Of a stretch of 64,000 nucleotides of DNA, positions 43,801 to 54,000 are shown one piece after another. The notes beneath the pieces were generated by a model. It saw only the letters and a list, made by a program, of their open reading frames with translations. It had not been told where the DNA came from and did no database searches. Origin of the DNA: an uncultured Candidatus Entotheonella sp. (GTDB lineage Bacteria; Tectomicrobia; Entotheonellia; Entotheonellales; Entotheonellaceae); contig OZ244252.1 of assembly GCA_965217185.1 (NCBI GenBank), forward strand, positions 2,080,001-2,144,000. Reading direction: 5' to 3'. The translations under genes and the position numbers were made by a program. The first letter of the stretch is position 1; every line of letters starts with the position of its first letter.

Positions 43801-44035
43801 CATCGGGCGTGCCGTTCAGGGCGGCCTCGATGGGCAGGGCGAGCAGCGTTTCCACCTCTTCCGGCGAGAAACCCGGCGCCTCGGTCAGGATGACCACCTG
43901 CGGCGGCGCAAAGTCGGGGAACACGTCGAGGTGGATGTCGCGCGCCGCCATGATGCCGGCAACGGCGGTGGCGATGACGCCAACCACCACCACCAGTCGG
44001 TTCTCCAGGGACCACTGAATGAGTTTGCTGAACAT
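40898..44035 (-). CDS. CzcA/CusA-family RND efflux permease
   Basis: DVFPDFAPPQV, VVDDAIIDVENI, GIATRNGIIL, RLSPVLMTA. Confidence 0.93.
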   Translation of the reverse strand: MFSKLIQWSLENRLVVVVGVIATAVAGIMAARDIHLDVFPDFAPPQVVILTEAPGFSPEEVETLLALPIEAALNGTPDVVSVRSSAIVGLSTIVAVFEWGTDLTVARQKVAERLRQAEQQLPAGVEAPVMLPVASVMGRLLEYGLTYEVDDGAVSELDLRTICEWDIRNRLLAVSGVASVVCVGGGIKQYQVVVSPRRLKAYNLTLQEVIEAVEAANLNLPGGVLKTSDQEYIVTGRGRITSLEDLRSSVITMRGGNPITIAQVAEVQLGAAPKRGDASLNGGIPLVLGAATKAFGADTLTTTYEVEAALDEIEQTLPEGVKLHKALFRQATFIEATIENLRAALLQGAAIVTAVLFIFFLSFRPSFISFLAMPVSLLLAVIVLRALDVGINAMTLGGMSVALGGVVDDAIIDVENIFRRLRENRQRAVPDSNLRVIYRASMEIRASIVYATLITMVVFLPVFFLSGPEGRIFTPLGLSYCIAIFASLLVAFTQTPVLCSLFLTGGRLLEKESATSVGLKSVYRRVLRPALRHPWWVVGCAAAMLCATMALIPSLGREFLPRFHEGNFIVAMTALPGTSLEESMRLGRQVQERLLTYPEVVSVVQRVGMGEVGEEVSPVNFSEFDITLHFAERDPDALIQAIRTDLGMLPGVAINVGQFIAHRMDEALSGVTAQIAVKIFGPDLGILWEKGQEVRAIMRRVEGVTDLELEPLVNVPMVAVKVDRVKAAGYGLRAEDVLRVVEVFGNGYVVSQVVEGQKSFDLVVRFASAESPDLETLRDVLLDTPAGGRVPLRQVADVFLEARPYIINREDVMRRIVARSNVEGRDLGSVVDDIRARVSAEVTLPTGYFVQYGGQFESQQRSQRIIMLLGLASVFIIFMLLYQALGSAKAALLVMVNLPLALIGGVLAVYWTDGVLSISSLIGFVAVFGIATRNGIILITHCQYLIREEGRPVHEAVLQGALDRLSPVLMTAASTALGLFPLVVGSPIGKELERPLAWVILGGLASSTFLNLIVVPTLATSLSVLWRPNSDSDLRKAPDVQHSPG

Positions 44036-44045
44036 GGGAAACCCG

Positions 44046-44321
44046 GTGGTTAGTGTTTAGTGGCCAGTGGCCAGCAAAGCTGTAGGTCGGATTAGCGAAG
44101 CGTAATCCGACATTCCACCGCACCCCGAAGACTACGGCTGTCGGGTTACGCCTACGGCTAACCCGACCTACTTGAAGCCACCCGTTCACACATGGTTCAA
44201 TCCGATACGGAAATGCTCTGGTGGCCAGAGGCCGGCAAAACCCACTGGTCTGGGTTCAGGCGTCCGTGGCCAGTGAAAACCCGGGTTTTCACTGGCCACT
44301 AACCACCAGCCACTGACCACT
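44046..44321. repeat. Composite intergenic repeat: heptamer arms, a nested inverted GTAG-REP pair and a 34-bp perfect palindrome
   Basis: GTGG(T/C)(T/C)A-type heptamer arms; REPs at 44082-44111 and 44140-44171; GTGGCCAGTGAAAACCCGGGTTTTCACTGGCCAC at 44266-44299. Confidence 0.8.
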
Positions 44322-44325
44322 GCCG

Positions 44326-45633
44326 TTAATCGCCGCCCATCTCTTCGAGGTCGTCGGTGTCGCCGCCCAGCCGCAGGATGGTGTAGAGCTGCCGCTTGCC
44401 CGTTGTGACCACCTGCTGCCCGGCTTCCAGGCCGCTTTTCACCTCGGCGTAGTGGTCGTCGCGGATGCCGAGCAGCACCGTACGTTTGTGGAAGGCGCCA
44501 TTCTCCTGGACGAAGACGGACGATTCGGCGTCGTCGCTGATCACCGCGGCGTGCGGCACCGCCAGGGTGTGGCCGCGGCTGCCGACGGTGACAGTGAGGA
44601 TGGCGGTCATGTTGGACTTCAGCGGGTGCGGCGGGTCGTTGGCGATCTCGACCCGGAAGGGAACGGTCTTGTCCTCCGACTCGACCTCGTAGTTGATGCC
44701 GGCGATCTCGCCGTCGAACGTACGTCCCGGGTGTGCCGGCACCTGCACGCGCACGGGCTGGCCCTTGCGGAGCCTGGCGGCGTCGATCTCGAAGGCTTCA
44801 CCCTCGGCGTAAACGCGCCGCATGTCGGCGATGCGGAAGAGCACCCTGGCGGGGTCGATGATTTCGCCGAGGGTGACGTCGCGGTGCATGATGACGCCGG
44901 TGCGCGGCGCCCGCAGCGTGAGCAGCGAAGCGGCCCGGGTGCCGCTCGGCGCCGCGTCGGATGGCTGCGGCTCCAGGCCGATAATGCGCAGGCGGTTTTC
45001 GATGCCGGCGATTTCCACGTTGATGCTGCTGACCTCCGTTTCCTTTTGCAGCAGCACGCGCTTGGCGCCGATGCCGCGCTCGACGAGATAGCGGAGGCGG
45101 GCCAATTCGGCAGTGGCGAGTTGCAAGCGGTTGCGGGCTTGCAGCAGCTCGGTCTGCAATTCGGTCTGCAACCCCTCCAGGGCTGTGCTGCGCAGCTCGG
45201 CCAGCGTCTGGCCCTCCTGCACCGTATCGCCGACGTTGCCGGCGACGCGCGTCACCTTGCCGGCCACACGGCTGCTGACCGATGCCAACAGGTCGGGAAT
45301 GGGCCGGATGACGCCGTTGACGGTCACCGTTTCCTCAATCACGTGCGGCTCGACGCTGGTGGTCTGCAGGCCGAGACGCTCCACCTCCTCGGGGGTGAGG
45401 GCGATGCCTTCCGAGAAGTCTTGTTCCTGTTCGTCCTCGTCATCATCGTCATGTCGCTCAGACGTCTGGTGGGACGGTTCGTCATCGTGCGCTTGAGACC
45501 CGGCGCTCGACAGGGCGTGCCGCGCCTCCTGCAAGCGCGCGAACCATTGCGGATCGGTATTGCTGATGAGCAGCAGCCCCGCGGTCATCACCAGCAGACC
45601 CGCCAGGACGATGATCGCAACGTTTTTAGCCAT
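44326..45633 (-). CDS. RND periplasmic adaptor (CzcB-like) with a His/acidic linker
   Basis: GDTVQEGQTL, LRAPRTG, LAVPHAAV; HDDEPSH...HDDDDEDE. Confidence 0.9.
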   Translation of the reverse strand: MAKNVAIIVLAGLLVMTAGLLLISNTDPQWFARLQEARHALSSAGSQAHDDEPSHQTSERHDDDDEDEQEQDFSEGIALTPEEVERLGLQTTSVEPHVIEETVTVNGVIRPIPDLLASVSSRVAGKVTRVAGNVGDTVQEGQTLAELRSTALEGLQTELQTELLQARNRLQLATAELARLRYLVERGIGAKRVLLQKETEVSSINVEIAGIENRLRIIGLEPQPSDAAPSGTRAASLLTLRAPRTGVIMHRDVTLGEIIDPARVLFRIADMRRVYAEGEAFEIDAARLRKGQPVRVQVPAHPGRTFDGEIAGINYEVESEDKTVPFRVEIANDPPHPLKSNMTAILTVTVGSRGHTLAVPHAAVISDDAESSVFVQENGAFHKRTVLLGIRDDHYAEVKSGLEAGQQVVTTGKRQLYTILRLGGDTDDLEEMGGD

Positions 45634-45655
45634 GTGTTCCCTCGCCGCGTTTGCG

Positions 45656-46942
45656 TCAGGGCTTGCGGTTGATGTCGATGACGGCAGCGCCGCTGGCGGC
45701 TTCCAGATCGACGAGCGCGGCGTTGAATTCCGCGATGGCGTCGAGGTAGCGCGAGCGGCCCTGGATGAATTCGCGCTGCATCACCAGCACCTCCGTGAGG
45801 GTGAACTGGCCGAGCTGGTAGCCCTCGCGCAGCATCTCGAAATTCTCCTGCTGCTGCGGCAGGATGTGCCGGGTGAACTGCTCCACGATGCGGCGCGAGG
45901 CGCGAAAGCGCTCCAGCGCCTGGGCGACCTGGGCGCTGATGGTGGCCTTGACCAGATCGAGGCGCGCCGCTTGCCGGGAGCGCCGCGCCATGGCAATCTC
46001 GAGATCGCCTTCGCGGCGGTTGAACACCGGCAGCGGCACCGACAGGCCAAGGACGGCGCGGTGCTGGCGCGCCTCGGCTTCGCGGCTGAACTCGTAGTGG
46101 GCAGACAGATTGACGGCGGGGAACGTCTGCTCCGCCTGCACCAGGGCGGTCTCGGCCTCGGTGGCCTGCAAGCCGGCTTCGACGGCCTTGACGTCCGGGC
46201 GCACGCTCAGGGCGTTTTCGGCCAGAGCGCGCTCAATGATGGCCAGGGGGTCGTAGGCTAGGGAGCCGACGGCCTCGAAGGGCAGGTCGGACGGCTGCCC
46301 CATGAGCAGAATGAGGTCGCGCTTCAGGCCCGTCAACGCGCGCTGCGCGGCGGTCTGTTCGTTCACCGCCAGGCGTTCTTCCACCTCGGCGCGCAAGGCG
46401 TCCAGGCGCGGCACGTGGCCGGCTTCGTACAACTCTCTGGCCACCCGCAGTAGCTCGCGACTCAGGTCGACGCTCTCACCCGCCAGCCGCAGGCGCCGCT
46501 GCGACAGTAACACGGCGCTGAAGGCGCGCAGCACCTGCACCCGCACGCCGCGCTCGGCGGCGCGCACCTGCCACGATGCCTGATCGGCCAGCGCCTTGGC
46601 CCGCCGCAGGCGAATGGCTCCCTGATTCCTGAGCTCCACCACCTGCGACACCCCGACCTGGGTGTCGTAGGCGAATGTCAGTCCGGGATCCGATGGATGG
46701 CGGTCGCCCCCAAGGGCTGGGGAGACCTCGAGTTCGGGATTGTGCGGGTAGATTTGCGCCTTGGTGACCTCGCCGCCGGCAATATCCATGCCGTAGCGCT
46801 CCACCGCCAGGGCGGGGTTGTGGGCCATCGCCAAGCTGATCGCTTCGGTCAGCGTCAAGCGCCGCTCCTGCGCCCCGGCGTTGGCTACGCACAACGCGGC
46901 GACAAGCGACGCAATGATGCCGGCCGCGGCCGACTTGGCCAT
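45656..46942 (-). CDS. TolC/CzcC outer-membrane factor
   Basis: Signal peptide; AMAHNPAL, RPDV, LSVPLPVFNR, YQLG. Confidence 0.9.
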   Translation of the reverse strand: MAKSAAAGIIASLVAALCVANAGAQERRLTLTEAISLAMAHNPALAVERYGMDIAGGEVTKAQIYPHNPELEVSPALGGDRHPSDPGLTFAYDTQVGVSQVVELRNQGAIRLRRAKALADQASWQVRAAERGVRVQVLRAFSAVLLSQRRLRLAGESVDLSRELLRVARELYEAGHVPRLDALRAEVEERLAVNEQTAAQRALTGLKRDLILLMGQPSDLPFEAVGSLAYDPLAIIERALAENALSVRPDVKAVEAGLQATEAETALVQAEQTFPAVNLSAHYEFSREAEARQHRAVLGLSVPLPVFNRREGDLEIAMARRSRQAARLDLVKATISAQVAQALERFRASRRIVEQFTRHILPQQQENFEMLREGYQLGQFTLTEVLVMQREFIQGRSRYLDAIAEFNAALVDLEAASGAAVIDINRKP

Positions 46943-47141
46943 GCCCAATCCCTCCTTCGTGTACGGTATGCGACCCGGCCGCCGCCAAGCCGACCCGTCG
47001 CCCTGTTATATCATAAACGCCCGTCGTCTCAACGCGAGCCGTTACTTTTGGCTTTGCACGGCCTTTCCGCGGTGCTACACTTCCGGCGATTTCAGAGCCC
47101 GATGCACAGCGAATTGAGGTTCAGGCAAGGGAGGTTAACGT

Positions 47142-47669
47142 ATGTCCCGCATCTTGGGATTTGTCCTTATCACACTACTGGCCGTGGCCCCGGCGGCGCT
47201 CGCCGAGGACCTGGCCGCCGAATTGGTAGAGGCGGAGGGGCTGTATGACAGGCAATGCGGCGTCTGTCACGGCCTCGTGGGCATGCAAGTCGAGAAGGCT
47301 GCTGAGCACGCACCGGCCCTGTTGCCGCTGCATGCCGTGCGGCTGGCCATGGACCTGCATCCCGACGCCGTGACGGATACGCCCGCCGGTGTCAAGATCG
47401 CCGGTCTGGCCGGTGAGCGCATGGCAATTGCGCCGCCCTTCGGCCCCAACTTGACCGGCGTGTACGGCCGGCCGGCCGGCACCGTCGAGAGCTACAACTA
47501 CTCCGTAGCCTTTCTGAGCGTCCTGCGCGGCATGGTGTGGAATTCCAGCACCCTCGACGTCTGGATCACCAGCACCCAGGCGTGGGTGCCCGGCGTGCGC
47601 ATGTATTACAGGCAAGACGATTCCGAAATCCGCCGCAAGATCATCCTGTTCCTGAAAGAGAATTCCTGA
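47142..47669 (+). CDS. Class I cytochrome c
   Basis: Signal peptide, CGVCH, GPNLTGVYGRPAG, YS, W...LD, PGVRM. Confidence 0.85.
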   Translation: MSRILGFVLITLLAVAPAALAEDLAAELVEAEGLYDRQCGVCHGLVGMQVEKAAEHAPALLPLHAVRLAMDLHPDAVTDTPAGVKIAGLAGERMAIAPPFGPNLTGVYGRPAGTVESYNYSVAFLSVLRGMVWNSSTLDVWITSTQAWVPGVRMYYRQDDSEIRRKIILFLKENS

Positions 47670-47730
47670 CCTCTGACCGCGGCGGCTCCATAGGCCGCCG
47701 CGCCCTGCGGCAGTGTTTCGCTTTGGGTTT

Positions 47731-47768
47731 CCCCCTCACCCCAACCCTCTCCCGCCAAGGGAGAGGGA
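47731..47768 (+). repeat. Type B CCC/GGG REP-like palindrome
   Basis: CCCCCTCACCCCAACCCTCTCCCGCCAAGGGAGAGGGA. Confidence 0.7.
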
Positions 47769-47873
47769 GCAGAAATTCCCGCCTGCCCCAAGACCCCATG
47801 CGCTTGAGACCGAACACTTTGCCAAGACGGTAGCCGTGATCGACCTACGCCATCATTCACACAGGAGGAGAGC

Positions 47874-48623
47874 ATGCAGGTAAAAGACAAAATCGCCCTC
47901 GTCACCGGCGGCGGCGTTGGCGCCGGTCGGGCGATCGCGTTTGCCTTGGCGCACGAGGGTTGCCACGTGGCGGTGAATTACTCGCGCTCGGAAGGGCAGG
48001 CGATGGCCACCGCGGAGGCGCTGCGGGAAACGGGCGTGCGGGCCATGGCGGTCAAGGGCGACGTGGGCGACGACGCTGCCGTGCGGAATATGGTACAGCA
48101 GGTGGCCGACACCCTCGGCGGCCTGAACGTGCTGGTCAACAATGCAGGGGCGACGTCGTTCATCCCGCACGGCGACATGGAGGCGGTGCAGGACGAGGAT
48201 TGGGACAGGATTCTGGACGTCAACCTGAAAGGCCCGTTCTACGTCATCCGTGCGGCGCGGCCCCACCTGGAGCGCGACGGCGGCGTGGTGGTCAACATCT
48301 CCAGCGTCGCCGGGGTGTACGGCGTCGGGAGCTCGGTGCCCTATCTGGCCTCCAAGGCCGGGCTGAATACCATGACCATCGCCCTGGCGCGCGCCCTGGG
48401 ACCGGCCATTCGCATCAATTCCATCGCGCCGGGCTTCATCGACACCCGCTGGTGGCAGGTCCGCGACGAGTACGAGACCGTGAAGCAGGGCGCTACCGAG
48501 AGGTCGCCTCTGAAGAACGTCTGCCAGCCGGAAGACGTGGCCGATCTGGTCATGGGCCTGATCCGCGCCGACCTGATCACCGGCCAGGTGGTGGTACTCG
48601 ACGGCGGCAGCAACCTCGGCTGA
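47874..48623 (+). CDS. SDR family oxidoreductase (FabG-like)
   Basis: TGGGVGAG, NNAG, YLASK, PGFIDT. Confidence 0.93.
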   Translation: MQVKDKIALVTGGGVGAGRAIAFALAHEGCHVAVNYSRSEGQAMATAEALRETGVRAMAVKGDVGDDAAVRNMVQQVADTLGGLNVLVNNAGATSFIPHGDMEAVQDEDWDRILDVNLKGPFYVIRAARPHLERDGGVVVNISSVAGVYGVGSSVPYLASKAGLNTMTIALARALGPAIRINSIAPGFIDTRWWQVRDEYETVKQGATERSPLKNVCQPEDVADLVMGLIRADLITGQVVVLDGGSNLG

Positions 48624-48660
48624 CGGCTTGGCTTGACCGGCGCGGGCAATTGCCCTAAAA

Positions 48661-48724
48661 CCAGTGCCTAGTGGCCAGCAAATTCGGGTTTCACTGGTCA
48701 CTGATCACCAACCACTAACCACTG
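48661..48724. repeat. Heptamer-arm palindrome related to 44266-44321
   Basis: AGTGGCCAGCAAATTCGGGTTTCACTGGTCACTG...CCACTAACCACTG. Confidence 0.65.
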
Positions 48725-48744
48725 CATTTATAGGAGACATCAGC

Positions 48745-49107
48745 ATGGCCATGACAGGACGAGAAATGATCGAGGCGGCCCGGCGCGTCGTGCCCGGCCT
48801 CAGCCAAAGCGACCTCAGCGCCCAACTGAACGGGGGTGAGGGCGTCGTGGTGCTGGACGTCAGGGAGCGGGCCGAGTGGGACGACGGCCACATTCCGCAG
48901 GCGACGTGGCTGGCCCGGGGGTTCATCGAGGGCCGCATGGAGGAAACCGTCCCCGACAAGAACACGCCCATCGTGGCCCATTGAGGCGGCGAGAATCGTG
49001 CTGTCCTGGCAGGACAGACCTTGCAGCAGATGGGTTACACCAACGTGCATTATCTGGTCGGCGGATTCATCGGCTGGCGGGAAAACGGGATGCCCGAGGC
49101 GTCATGA
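48745..49107 (+). CDS. Selenocysteine-containing rhodanese domain protein, 120 aa, Sec80
   Basis: AGGAG RBS; LDVRERAEWDDGHIP; PIVAH-U-GGENRA places TGA 48982-48984 at the catalytic Cys position; frame continues LQQMGYTNVHYLVGGFIGW to TGA 49105-49107. Confidence 0.85.
49001..49017 (+). promoter_or_regulatory. Candidate SECIS of the rhodanese
   Basis: Perfect 7-bp hairpin CTGTCCT-GGC-AGGACAG. Confidence 0.72.
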
Positions 49108-49541
49108 GCAGCGACGAGCGGGTGCAGGCCGGCAAGACGGTGTGCCTCGACTACACGCTGTGCCTGGCCGACGGCACCCTGGTCGATTCGGCCCAACACA
49201 GCGGCACCTGGACTTACGTGCACGGCCACACCCGCATGCCGCCCGGCCTGCACATGGGCGTGGAAGGTCTCGGCATCGGCGATACCGTGCGGCTTGAGCT
49301 GGAGCCCGCCGCCGCTTTCGGGTGCATCGACCCGGCGGCCTTCCAGGAACTCTCCAAGGAACAATTTCCCGCTTCGGCCCGGCACCTCGGCTTCGAGGGC
49401 GAATTTCCGGGGCCGGACGGCAGCATCATCCCCTATCGCATTCATGCCATTAACGACACCACGGTGACGGTGGACCTGAACCATCCCCTGGCCGGTCAGC
49501 ACGTCGTTTTCGAGGTCACCGTCATCCACGTGCAGGACTGA
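49104..49541 (+). CDS. FKBP-type peptidyl-prolyl isomerase (SlyD-like, no His-rich tail)
   Basis: V.LDYTL...DG..VDS, AFG, VDLNHPLAG; ATG overlaps the rhodanese stop. Confidence 0.88.
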   Translation: MSSDERVQAGKTVCLDYTLCLADGTLVDSAQHSGTWTYVHGHTRMPPGLHMGVEGLGIGDTVRLELEPAAAFGCIDPAAFQELSKEQFPASARHLGFEGEFPGPDGSIIPYRIHAINDTTVTVDLNHPLAGQHVVFEVTVIHVQD

Positions 49542-49576
49542 ATTCCCTCACCCGGCGTGCCAAGGAGCCGTGCCCC

Positions 49577-50803
49577 ATGCCCGCTTCTGATTCCGCGAAT
49601 CCTGTGAGTGCCCGCCCGCTGGACGGCGTGCGCGTGCTCGAATTGGGCCAGCTGCTGGCGGGGCCGTTTGCCGGCTGCGTCCTCGGATACTTCGGCGCCG
49701 AGGTGATCAAAGTCGAGCCGCCGGGCAAGGGCGACCCGATTCGCGGCTGGCGGCTGCTCGACGACAACGGCACGTCGTTTTGGTGGCGTAGCCTGGGGAG
49801 GAACAAGAAGAGCATCACGCTGAACCTGCAAACCGACAAGGGGCGCGGCATCGCCCGCCAATTGGCGGACCGCGTGGACGTGCTGATCGAGAATTTCCGC
49901 CCCGGCACCATGGAGAAATGGGGCCTCGGACCCGAGGAAGTCAAGACGACGAATCCGGGGCTGATCTACGCGCGCGTCTCGGGATACGGCCAGACCGGGC
50001 CGTACGCCGAGCGGCCCGGCTATGCCTCGGTGTGCGAAGGCGTCGGCGGTTTCCGCTACCTGAACGGCTTTCCAGGCGAGGCGCCGGTGCGGCCCAACCT
50101 GAGCCTGGGCGACACGCTGGCCGGGCTGCATGCCGTGCTCGGCATCCTGCTGGCCTACATCCAGCGCGGTAAGCCGGCGGGCGGCGACGGGCAAGTGGTG
50201 GACGTGGCCATTTACGAATCGGTCTTCAACATGCTGGAAGCCGTGGTGCCGGAATACGACGGCGCCGGTCTGGTGCGGCAACCCTCCGGCTCGACCCTGA
50301 CCGGCATCGTGCCGACCAATACCTACGCCTGCCGCGACGGCGCCTACGTGGTCATCGGCGGTAACGGCAATTCCATCTTTCAGCGGCTGATGCGCGCCGC
50401 CGGCCAGACCGACATGGCCGCCGACCCGCGCTTCGCTGAAAACGCCGGCCGCGTGGAGCACGAACGCGAAATCGATGCCGCCATCGCCGCCTGGACCGCC
50501 AGCCTCGCCGCCGCCGAGGTGCTGGCGCAACTCGCCGAAGCTTCCGTCCCCGCCGGCCCGATCTACACCGTCGCCGACATGCTCCAGGACCCCCATTTCC
50601 ACGCCCGCGGCCTGTTCCAGCAGGTCGAGGTGGACGGCCAACCCCTGCGCATCCCCGCTCTCACCCCCCACCTCACCGCCACCCCCGGCACCACCACCTG
50701 GCCCGGCGCCGACGTCGGCGCCCACAACCAGGAAATCCTCGGCGGCCTGCTTGGGCTGTCGGATGCCGAGCTTGCCGCGCTGAGAGATGAAGGCGTGATC
50801 TGA
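49577..50803 (+). CDS. CaiB/BaiF family III CoA-transferase
   Basis: PLDGVRVLEL, GAEVIKVEPP, RNKKSITLNL, ENFRPG, SGYGQTGP. Confidence 0.93.
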   Translation: MPASDSANPVSARPLDGVRVLELGQLLAGPFAGCVLGYFGAEVIKVEPPGKGDPIRGWRLLDDNGTSFWWRSLGRNKKSITLNLQTDKGRGIARQLADRVDVLIENFRPGTMEKWGLGPEEVKTTNPGLIYARVSGYGQTGPYAERPGYASVCEGVGGFRYLNGFPGEAPVRPNLSLGDTLAGLHAVLGILLAYIQRGKPAGGDGQVVDVAIYESVFNMLEAVVPEYDGAGLVRQPSGSTLTGIVPTNTYACRDGAYVVIGGNGNSIFQRLMRAAGQTDMAADPRFAENAGRVEHEREIDAAIAAWTASLAAAEVLAQLAEASVPAGPIYTVADMLQDPHFHARGLFQQVEVDGQPLRIPALTPHLTATPGTTTWPGADVGAHNQEILGGLLGLSDAELAALRDEGVI

Positions 50804-51020
50804 AGGAGCGAGAAACGCTGCCGCCTTGCACGCCATTTCCCCATTGAATACTTCCTGCCTCACCCCTCGGATCGAGTCTGAGGTTTCTGCGTCGGTGTCT
50901 TGTGATCCTCCGTCCATGTTGCACGGACAGCGACTATAACATATGCTATACGACTCCTTTGCCGTTGTGTGATGATGAATCGCAATGCTGGCAAAACCTT
51001 CTCCGAAAGACGAAACATAC

Positions 51021-54000
51021 ATGTCGCCCGCCATGTCAACCCAATTGCCGAGCGATTTCTCCCGCCGGATCAAGCGTGCACGCGGCGCCAGAGGTCTGAC
51101 CCAGACGCAATTCGCGGAGCTCATCGGTGTTTCCTTTGCCACGGTCAATCGCTGGGAGAATGAGCAGTCACGCCCAAACAATCTGGCTTGGCGGCGCATC
51201 CTTGAACTTGAGGAGCAAGCAGGAGAAGGATCTGGCGCGGAGGGGATTAGCCTTGACGACAAGTCAAACGCCCCGGTCAGCATGAACTTCTCTGCCGACC
51301 CGAATGCTGTCTGGGTAGTCGCCGAGGCACATCGTCTTGCGTACGGCCATCTCTTCAATCCGGCGTTCGCGACGGAAACGTCGCTGATTGACCCGCTCCC
51401 GCACCAGCGCATCGCCGTGTACGAGCACATGCTCGAACAGGCGCCGCTGCGCTTCCTATTGGCTGACGACGCCGGCGCCGGCAAGACGATCATGACAGGC
51501 CTGTACGTGCGGGAGATGCTTTCGCGCCGGCTGATTCGCCGCGTGCTCATCGTGCCGCCGGCCGGACTGGTCGGAAACTGGGAACGGGAAATGCGCACCC
51601 TTTTCAGTCTGCCGTTCTGCATCATCAGCGGTGCCGATGCGCGAGACGGCAATCCCTTTCTCGGCCCGGATAGCGACTGGGTAATCGTCAGCGTCGACAC
51701 CCTGGCCGGGGAGCGCATGTTCAGCCGTCTCAAAGACCCTCAAACTCAGGCCTATGACCTCGTCGTCTTTGACGAGGCTCACAAGCTCTCCGCCGACCGC
51801 CAGCCGGATTTCCGGGTGCGCAAGACCGACCGCTACAGGCTGGCGGAATCCTTGGCCGGCGCCGAGACGGACGATGCTCGTTGGGGGCTCCCCTGGTCGG
51901 CCCAACATCTGCTCCTGCTAACGGCAACGCCGCATATGGGAAAGGACTATCCCTACTACTGCTTGTGGCGGCTGCTGCTGCCCGACACGCTCTCCACCTG
52001 CGACGCCTTCGATGCGTTTCCGGATGACTCGCGGCGACAGCATTTCGTTCGCCGCACCAAGGAGGAGATGGTCCATTTCGACGGCTCCCCGCTGTATCCC
52101 CAGCGAAATTGCGACACACTCAGCTACGACCTCTCGCAGGGTCCGGCAAGTGAGCAGGAACTCTACGACGATACGACGGATTACATCCGCTATTCCTACA
52201 ACCGTGCCAGCCATCTGAACCGTTCCGCCGCTCGGCTGGCGATGAGCGTTTTTCAGCGTCGCCTGGCCAGCTCGACGTTCGCCCTCATGCGCTCATTCGA
52301 GCGGCGTGAGGAAAAGCTCGCCAGATGGATCGACGACATTCGCAGCGGACGACTAACCGAGGAACAACTGGCCCTTCAGCAGCGTCGCCTCGACGACCTT
52401 GACGACGCTTTTGAAACGCGGACGGCTGATGAGGCTCCCACGAGTGAAGACGAAGGCGAGGATGCTGAAGGGTTCGAAAACCAGGCGCTGGGTGGCACCG
52501 TAGCGCTCAGCCTGAGCGAACTGGAGGCGGAGCGTCGCCATGTCGAGGCCTTGCTCGAGAAGGCCCGCAAGCTGCTCAACGCCGGTGAGGAGTCCAAGTT
52601 CGAGAAGCTGCGGGAAGTGCTCCGCGACCCGAAATATCTCAACGAAAAGCTCATCATTTTCACCGAGCACCGTGACACCGCGGAATTTCTGGTGCGTCGG
52701 CTCGAAGGTCTCGGCTTCACCGATCAGGTCGCCCGGATTCACGGCGGCCTGCCCTACCAGGAGCGGGAGCGGCAGGTCGAATTCTTCCGCCGACCGTCTT
52801 CGGAAGGTGGCGCCACCTATCTGGTGGCCACCGACGCCGCCGGCGAGGGCATCAATCTGCAGTTCTGCTGGCTGATGGTGAATTACGACATACCGTGGAA
52901 CCCGGCGCGGCTGGAACAGCGCATGGGCCGCATCCACCGCTACGGCCAGAAGCACGATCCGGTGGTCATCGTCAATCTGGTGTCGGGCGGCACGCGCGAG
53001 GGACGGGTGTTGAAGACGCTGCTCGACAAGCTCGAAGTCATCCGCCGGCAGCTGCAATCCGACAAGGTGTTCGACGTGGTAGGCCGCCTGTTTGAGGGGC
53101 TGTCCATACGGGACTATCTCGAACGGGCGGTTACGGGTGATGCCGACACCGTCGTCGAGCAGTTGGAAGGAAACCTCACCGACGAGCAAGTCCGGGCTCT
53201 CGCGGAGAGGGAACGGGTGCTTTTCGGGGAAGGCGGCGAGGTGCGTCGGCAACTGGCTCATCTCAACGACGAGGCGGAGCGGGAAACCTACCGCCGGCTG
53301 CTGCCCGGATACGTGCGCCGTTTTGTGGAAAAAGCCGCACCGCTGCTCGACTTGCGCATCGAGGGCGATCCGGGGGCTTTCTTCACGCTGGTGCCCAACC
53401 GCTCCCGCGCGACGGATGCCTTGCTGCCCGTACTGGAAATGTATCCCGAGAGTACCCGCGACCGCCTGACGGTGTACAAGCCGACGGACCGGGACAACGC
53501 GGTCTGGATGCACCCCGGCGAACCGGTATTTGACGGCCTTACAGCCGCGGTGTTCGATCGTTTCGGGCGCGACGGCCTTCAGGGTGCCGTGTTCATGGAC
53601 CCTTACGCATCCGAGCCTTATCTGTTCCACATTGCGCAGGCGTCCGTTGTACAGCAGAGCCAGATTGACGCCGCGCCAGCGGGCCTGCTGGATGGATGCG
53701 ACAATGGTGAATCGGCTCCAAAGCCGCTTGAATCACGGCTAATCGGGCTGCGCCAGACAGGCGACGGCGCCATCGTAGAGTGCCCGGTTGAACATTTACT
53801 CCTGCTGAGGGGCGTCCACGGCTTCGCGCCGAGCCGGGTGCGCCTTGCTACCTTGGCTCGCGGCTTGGCCATTGACGCCGCCCGGTTCGCGCGCGAGGAA
53901 GTGAGCGAGCAATTGGCGCAAGCTCACCGCCAGCGTCGGCTCGATGATCTGTCCGTACGCATGGCATTTGTCAGCCGCGGCTTCGACTTTCAGGCCGCGG

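Noticed and set aside
47678..47702. 9-bp GC hairpin after cytochrome c as an intrinsic terminator
   Set aside because: No U-tract follows it
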